Shown here one piece after another: positions 59,622 through 64,000 of a DNA stretch of 64,000 bases. Both the position numbers and the translations under genes were made by a program. Each line of letters starts with the position of its first letter. Within the stretch, counting starts at the first letter, position 1. The notes beneath the pieces are model-generated. The model saw only the letters and a program-made list of their open reading frames with translations, was not told where the DNA came from and did not search any database. The DNA lies in assembly GCA_040285825.1 (NCBI GenBank), contig JAUPSS010000010.1:804881-868880 (forward strand), read 5' to 3'. Source of the stretch: Eukaryota sp. TZLM1-RC (lineage: Eukaryota > Protista > Metamonada: BaSk clade).

Positions 59622-60116
59622 TTAGTTTTTGTTTCAACTTTATCTAGTTTTTTGACTATTAATACCGTGTTTTTTTTTCAGTTTTCGATGCTTTTTTTCA
59701 CCTATAAATGGAAAATTCAAGTACAACATGTATTTCTTCATAATTTATATAAATATATCATCTTGTGATATGTGCTTTTTGCACTTTGGGAAAATTTCAC
59801 CACTGTGTGTCGAGTAAAATTTCTTTTGAAAATATTGTAACATTTTCACTTGTTGTTTTTAGGGGTAACAATTTCGCAGTAAATGGAAGTGTAATTTTGA
59901 AAAGCGGATTAATCAACAAAAGTATTTATATTGAATTCACATCACATTTGGTTGGAATCTCACTGCATCAACTCTTTGAAAACCTCACCAACAATAAAAG
60001 AAATTGTGCACTGTTGAACTAAACTTAAAGAAAAAACATTTACAACAAAAACAAATCATAAACTAGAGCAGCTAATCACTTATCGATTCCAATTCTTCTT
60101 AACAACTCGAATGATT

Positions 60117-63100
60117 TTAAGAGGCAGAATCGTCAACTAATTCATAGTCCGAGTGATCTTGACTGTCTGAAATGGTTTTTTCAATTATTACTATATCAGA
60201 GCAATCTACATGTTGTTGAACTAAATCAACTGATGATACATCATCTAAATGAGATTCATGCTTGGAGTTCAATTCACTATTCATTTCAACGTTCTGCTCC
60301 ATGTCTTCTAAACTCTGTTCTTCCATTTTGTCATTATCATGTTGACAAGTAAAGAAAAGACGGACTCGATCAATATTGTCCCTTGAAAAGATCATTGGTT
60401 CGGGTCGTTGATAAGCAACTATTATGTTTTTGAAACCAATCTTCAATGATCGAACAAATTTGGTTGACATTGATACCACAGTGCTCCATTTCTGGATCAA
60501 AAATGTTGAACAAATTGACCATAAATCCATTGGTTTCAGTATTTTACCACTATTCCTACATAGTAAATAATAGAAAAGCCCAACCAACAAAAAGAAGAGA
60601 AAAATCAAAACCAATGCAGTAGGAAAATTTCCTGTTTCAGAAAAGGTAAAATCCAAGACCAATGAATCCTTCGCTGTTATTGTTTGACAAACTGACTGAG
60701 ATCTTGAATTGGCACAGACATCCAAAATTCCTGGTATTGTATCTACTGAGAATGAATGCACAATTCTGGATGACTCCTGGCAAGAATGATTGAAAATTGT
60801 AACACTATTGAGTGGAATTTTGTTTCCAATTTCATCATATCCAACAAACTCTACATTGAAAACATAATTCTTGTTGGTCAAGGTGAAAACATGTTCAGTT
60901 GTGTTGATTGTTGCAGCTGAAATTGTATCTTCAAAATCTAGGAAACCTTCACTACTTATCTTGATATGATATTCGTCTTCCACAAAGAGAATGTATTCAA
61001 AATTTCCGTCGACATCACTATTTAAAACAGTGTCTTCATCAATAACGACTTTAGCACCAGTGACGGGATGACCATATACATCAAGAACAATTCCATGAAG
61101 CGTTTTCCATTCACGAAACTCTGCAACTTCGGCAGAGAGAGTTTCTTGAACTGTGGAAGTAGAACTGATATCATGCAGCACAAATTGTGACTTGGTTACA
61201 GGTTTAGAATAATAAATCAACATGGAGCGGCTTGACTCAAATTCTACTGCTTCAATTTCATTAGAACTATCAATCACGAAGTTCTGCCCAAACAAGGAAA
61301 TGTCCAAAAACTTTTGTGTACTGGGATTAAATGAAAACGAATAGGGATGAGAAATTCTGCATCTCACAATGTCGTTGGAATAAGTGAAAGTAGATAACGA
61401 AGGAATATTTGAAGAATCTGGTTTGAAAATTAAACTTCCCTCAAAAGGGTGGCGTAGCGTCGTAACTAATAGTCGTTCTGGAGATTCTGTTACGACTCGT
61501 ACTGAAGCAGAATGAGATCCAACGAGTGGACTCCCTTCCAATTGTACATCGGGATTAAACCCAGCAGTTTCAAACACTAAATAACCAGGGCCCAAAACCG
61601 ATAATGGAATGGTTGAGATTGAAACATATGCTGAACTAAAAGTAGTCAACTTAATATCATACTGGTCCTGAGTCATGGTGGCAGTAAAAGTTCCCCAAAC
61701 ATTATCAGAATCAGCTTTGTGCAGAAAAGTAACTGAAAAGTTACATTGAGGGAGTGAAAATTGACCCTCTGCATCAAGAAGTATACGATCTCCATTGAAA
61801 AGTAATTCAATGTTTGCAGGGTCGATGAAAATTTTATACTCGACTAAACAACTTTCAGTATTTCTAAACCTAAAATTGGACGAATATCTAAAAGCTGGAA
61901 AAATCGCCTTCCCAGTCTCCAACTCATAGTTCAATATGGGATCAGGAACTACTTCTTGATTACATTCTGTTGACAGAAAAGACTTATTCTCACAGAAGTA
62001 CAAAACAATGCCATCTTTTTCTATAATATTACTGTTTCTAATGGACAATGACCCACTCACTACAGAATTAAAGTCAAAAGCATTGTGAGTTACGGTATCT
62101 TTGTGGAAAAGAGAACGTACATTTGAAGGGAATGGGAAAACCACCTCTGCTCTCGAAGGCACCTTAAACTCAAACAACCCCCAACCTGACAAGAAATTGA
62201 AAGAAGGCAAAAGCGAGGGATTCACAATGTAAGGTTGACCAATCCCTCCAAAATGCATGAAAACAATTTTGAATGTTTGATTTTGCGATGCAATCAAAAG
62301 CGATCCAGGGGAAGCAAAATGAGCCCCATTTCGTGTAGACCGATGTTTTGTTTCCAAATTCAACCAGGCTCCAGTGACATACACCATATGATCTGTCATC
62401 ATTGGTATGATACTAGGATACAATGGAAGCTTGTGAAATCGTCCACTCACGGAGGATTGCTCACATAGAAGATAATTATAAATAAATTCGCTTTCAAAGC
62501 ATTTAGTTGTTGACGCAACAACAAAGGGAGGAAAATATCCTGAACTTGAAACTCCTGTGACAGAAATAGAGGGCAATTTTGAATCAATAGTCAAGGTACA
62601 TCCTGAACCACTGGCCTCGAAATGACCAAGCAAAGCACCAGTTGGAGGTCGCAACGTTACTAACCGTGAGTAAGAAAACATGGTTCCACTTTCTAATGCA
62701 AATGTAGGTAGCAATGGACTCAAAATTCCATTCCATGGAACAATTAATTTCTGAGTATGAGAATGTTCTGTGGAAGTCGATATAACAGTAGTAAAGCCAA
62801 ACATGTTCACAAATGAGACAAGAAAGGGTCCTTCTCTTGAGCTTGGACAATAATACGAAAATTCCACCTCCAATCTTCCATAAGGTGCTTCTGCAGGGAA
62901 GGTGTATTCTCCCCCCAGACCAGTTTTCCGAGCTGAAGAGAATAGTGGATAGTCTGTGAGAATGAAATGGTAATTAACTGTTGGTTGCCGTACCAGTTCG
63001 ACCACTTCAAACTGGTCAAAGTCATCTAAATTATCTAATGGCTCAAATACCCCCACGGTAAACTTTGAATGAGGGTCTCTGGAATGGGGTACGACTGGTC

Positions 63101-64000
63101 TTCCTGGTGAAAAAGATTCACTATAGCCCGTACGTAGTTCAAATGTTATTGAATTGGTTTCATCCTCTAAAACAGTTATTTCAGATTCAACCACAAACAT
63201 TGAGTATGTGTCCACGTAATTGTTTCCTCGATCGGTCCGTTTCAATAAATCAAAGGTGAAAAGGTCACCTTGAACAAAGAAAATAATCGACGTATCACAC
63301 ATTGAGCCTATTGGACAAAAATCAGAATCTTGAATTGCCGTGCGTACAAAGTAATCTTTCAAAGATCTCCCTGGTGATGACAGCCGAAGACCCACGTAAA
63401 AGGCTTTGCTTTCATCAACCACTGGCTCAGGAACAATATTACAGGGATCAATTAACCATAGATTCATAAGGTTCCTATCAAACAACGTGATGCCTGGGAT
63501 AGTACGATTTCGGAACAAAATTCGTTGAGTAATGTCTGTAATAGCAAGGCCCAAATCAAATCTGAATGCAAGTCCAAAATAGTTTTCACATTCTGTTTCC
63601 ACTGATAACCTAAAATATGGCTTGTATGATAAAGTAAGATTAGCCAAGTTTAGCAACTTTAAACCAGTTTTGAGTTCGAGGTCATATCCCAGATCCAAGG
63701 TCCCTCTTCCTTGGAGCTCATGCTGAAAGACAGGCATCAAGGATGCATTTTCTGTATTGGGTGTCAAACCGTTTTGCTTTGTCCAAACAACCTCCCTCAC
63801 AAATGTTCTGTCAAGGGATACAATGTCAATGCTTAACAAAAGATCGTCAAGATCTAAATTAGCAAACAGAGTCATATCAAGAAAGAGCTGCATTTGTATA
63901 GGTACTTGTCCTATCCAGATAATATAATCTTTTGCCAGCAAGGTGAAAAGACGATGTGACCATTCACGAGACAAATGTTTGGCTGAGAGTTCAATGTTGA
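60117..64000 (-). CDS. Large type-I membrane protein with carboxypeptidase-regulatory-like domain; 5' end beyond the window
   Basis: Frame open to the window edge; LHGIVLDVYGHPVTGAKVVI...SDVDGNF...YHIKISSEGF; TM segment ALVLIFLFFLLVGLFYYLLC; acidic tail. Confidence 0.8.
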   Translation of the reverse strand, partial: NIELSAKHLSREWSHRLFTLLAKDYIIWIGQVPIQMQLFLDMTLFANLDLDDLLLSIDIVSLDRTFVREVVWTKQNGLTPNTENASLMPVFQHELQGRGTLDLGYDLELKTGLKLLNLANLTLSYKPYFRLSVETECENYFGLAFRFDLGLAITDITQRILFRNRTIPGITLFDRNLMNLWLIDPCNIVPEPVVDESKAFYVGLRLSSPGRSLKDYFVRTAIQDSDFCPIGSMCDTSIIFFVQGDLFTFDLLKRTDRGNNYVDTYSMFVVESEITVLEDETNSITFELRTGYSESFSPGRPVVPHSRDPHSKFTVGVFEPLDNLDDFDQFEVVELVRQPTVNYHFILTDYPLFSSARKTGLGGEYTFPAEAPYGRLEVEFSYYCPSSREGPFLVSFVNMFGFTTVISTSTEHSHTQKLIVPWNGILSPLLPTFALESGTMFSYSRLVTLRPPTGALLGHFEASGSGCTLTIDSKLPSISVTGVSSSGYFPPFVVASTTKCFESEFIYNYLLCEQSSVSGRFHKLPLYPSIIPMMTDHMVYVTGAWLNLETKHRSTRNGAHFASPGSLLIASQNQTFKIVFMHFGGIGQPYIVNPSLLPSFNFLSGWGLFEFKVPSRAEVVFPFPSNVRSLFHKDTVTHNAFDFNSVVSGSLSIRNSNIIEKDGIVLYFCENKSFLSTECNQEVVPDPILNYELETGKAIFPAFRYSSNFRFRNTESCLVEYKIFIDPANIELLFNGDRILLDAEGQFSLPQCNFSVTFLHKADSDNVWGTFTATMTQDQYDIKLTTFSSAYVSISTIPLSVLGPGYLVFETAGFNPDVQLEGSPLVGSHSASVRVVTESPERLLVTTLRHPFEGSLIFKPDSSNIPSLSTFTYSNDIVRCRISHPYSFSFNPSTQKFLDISLFGQNFVIDSSNEIEAVEFESSRSMLIYYSKPVTKSQFVLHDISSTSTVQETLSAEVAEFREWKTLHGIVLDVYGHPVTGAKVVIDEDTVLNSDVDGNFEYILFVEDEYHIKISSEGFLDFEDTISAATINTTEHVFTLTNKNYVFNVEFVGYDEIGNKIPLNSVTIFNHSCQESSRIVHSFSVDTIPGILDVCANSRSQSVCQTITAKDSLVLDFTFSETGNFPTALVLIFLFFLLVGLFYYLLCRNSGKILKPMDLWSICSTFLIQKWSTVVSMSTKFVRSLKIGFKNIIVAYQRPEPMIFSRDNIDRVRLFFTCQHDNDKMEEQSLEDMEQNVEMNSELNSKHESHLDDVSSVDLVQQHVDCSDIVIIEKTISDSQDHSDYELVDDSAS

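Overview
AT-rich microbial-eukaryote (protist) genomic DNA using the standard genetic code, with very short GT-AG introns. Host genes: 3' end of SF3A1/Prp21, a disrupted B-box/coiled-coil gene, a compact H2A-H2B-H3-H4 histone cluster, ABITRAM/FAM206A head-to-head with a small spliced membrane-protein gene missing from the ORF track, an XPA-C-like protein, a cyclin-like protein, a Cys-rich GPI-type surface protein, an RCC1+LRR protein, a bacterial-type NlpC/P60+SH3b peptidoglycan hydrolase, CCDC22, a 10-exon ASCC3/Slh1 helicase and a large type-I membrane protein running off the window. There are two identical elongator tRNA-Met genes. Intergenic DNA is a transposon graveyard: many CRE-like (RT + restriction-like endonuclease) non-LTR fragments (two with poly(A) and 11-bp TSDs), hAT, pogo/DDE_1 and MULE relics, a 155-bp solo-LTR-like insert, and two distinct degenerate Fanzor (eukaryotic TnpB-like RNA-guided nuclease) loci. 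The first Fanzor is followed by a strongly structured ~170-210 nt candidate omegaRNA and sits directly behind an endonuclease-less retroelement RT. Other notable signals are a conserved divergent 16-nt stem-loop after all four histone genes and a near-fixed branch-point-to-AG spacing in introns. Family assignments come from motifs recognised by eye; no searches were run, and boundaries of degenerate elements are approximate.
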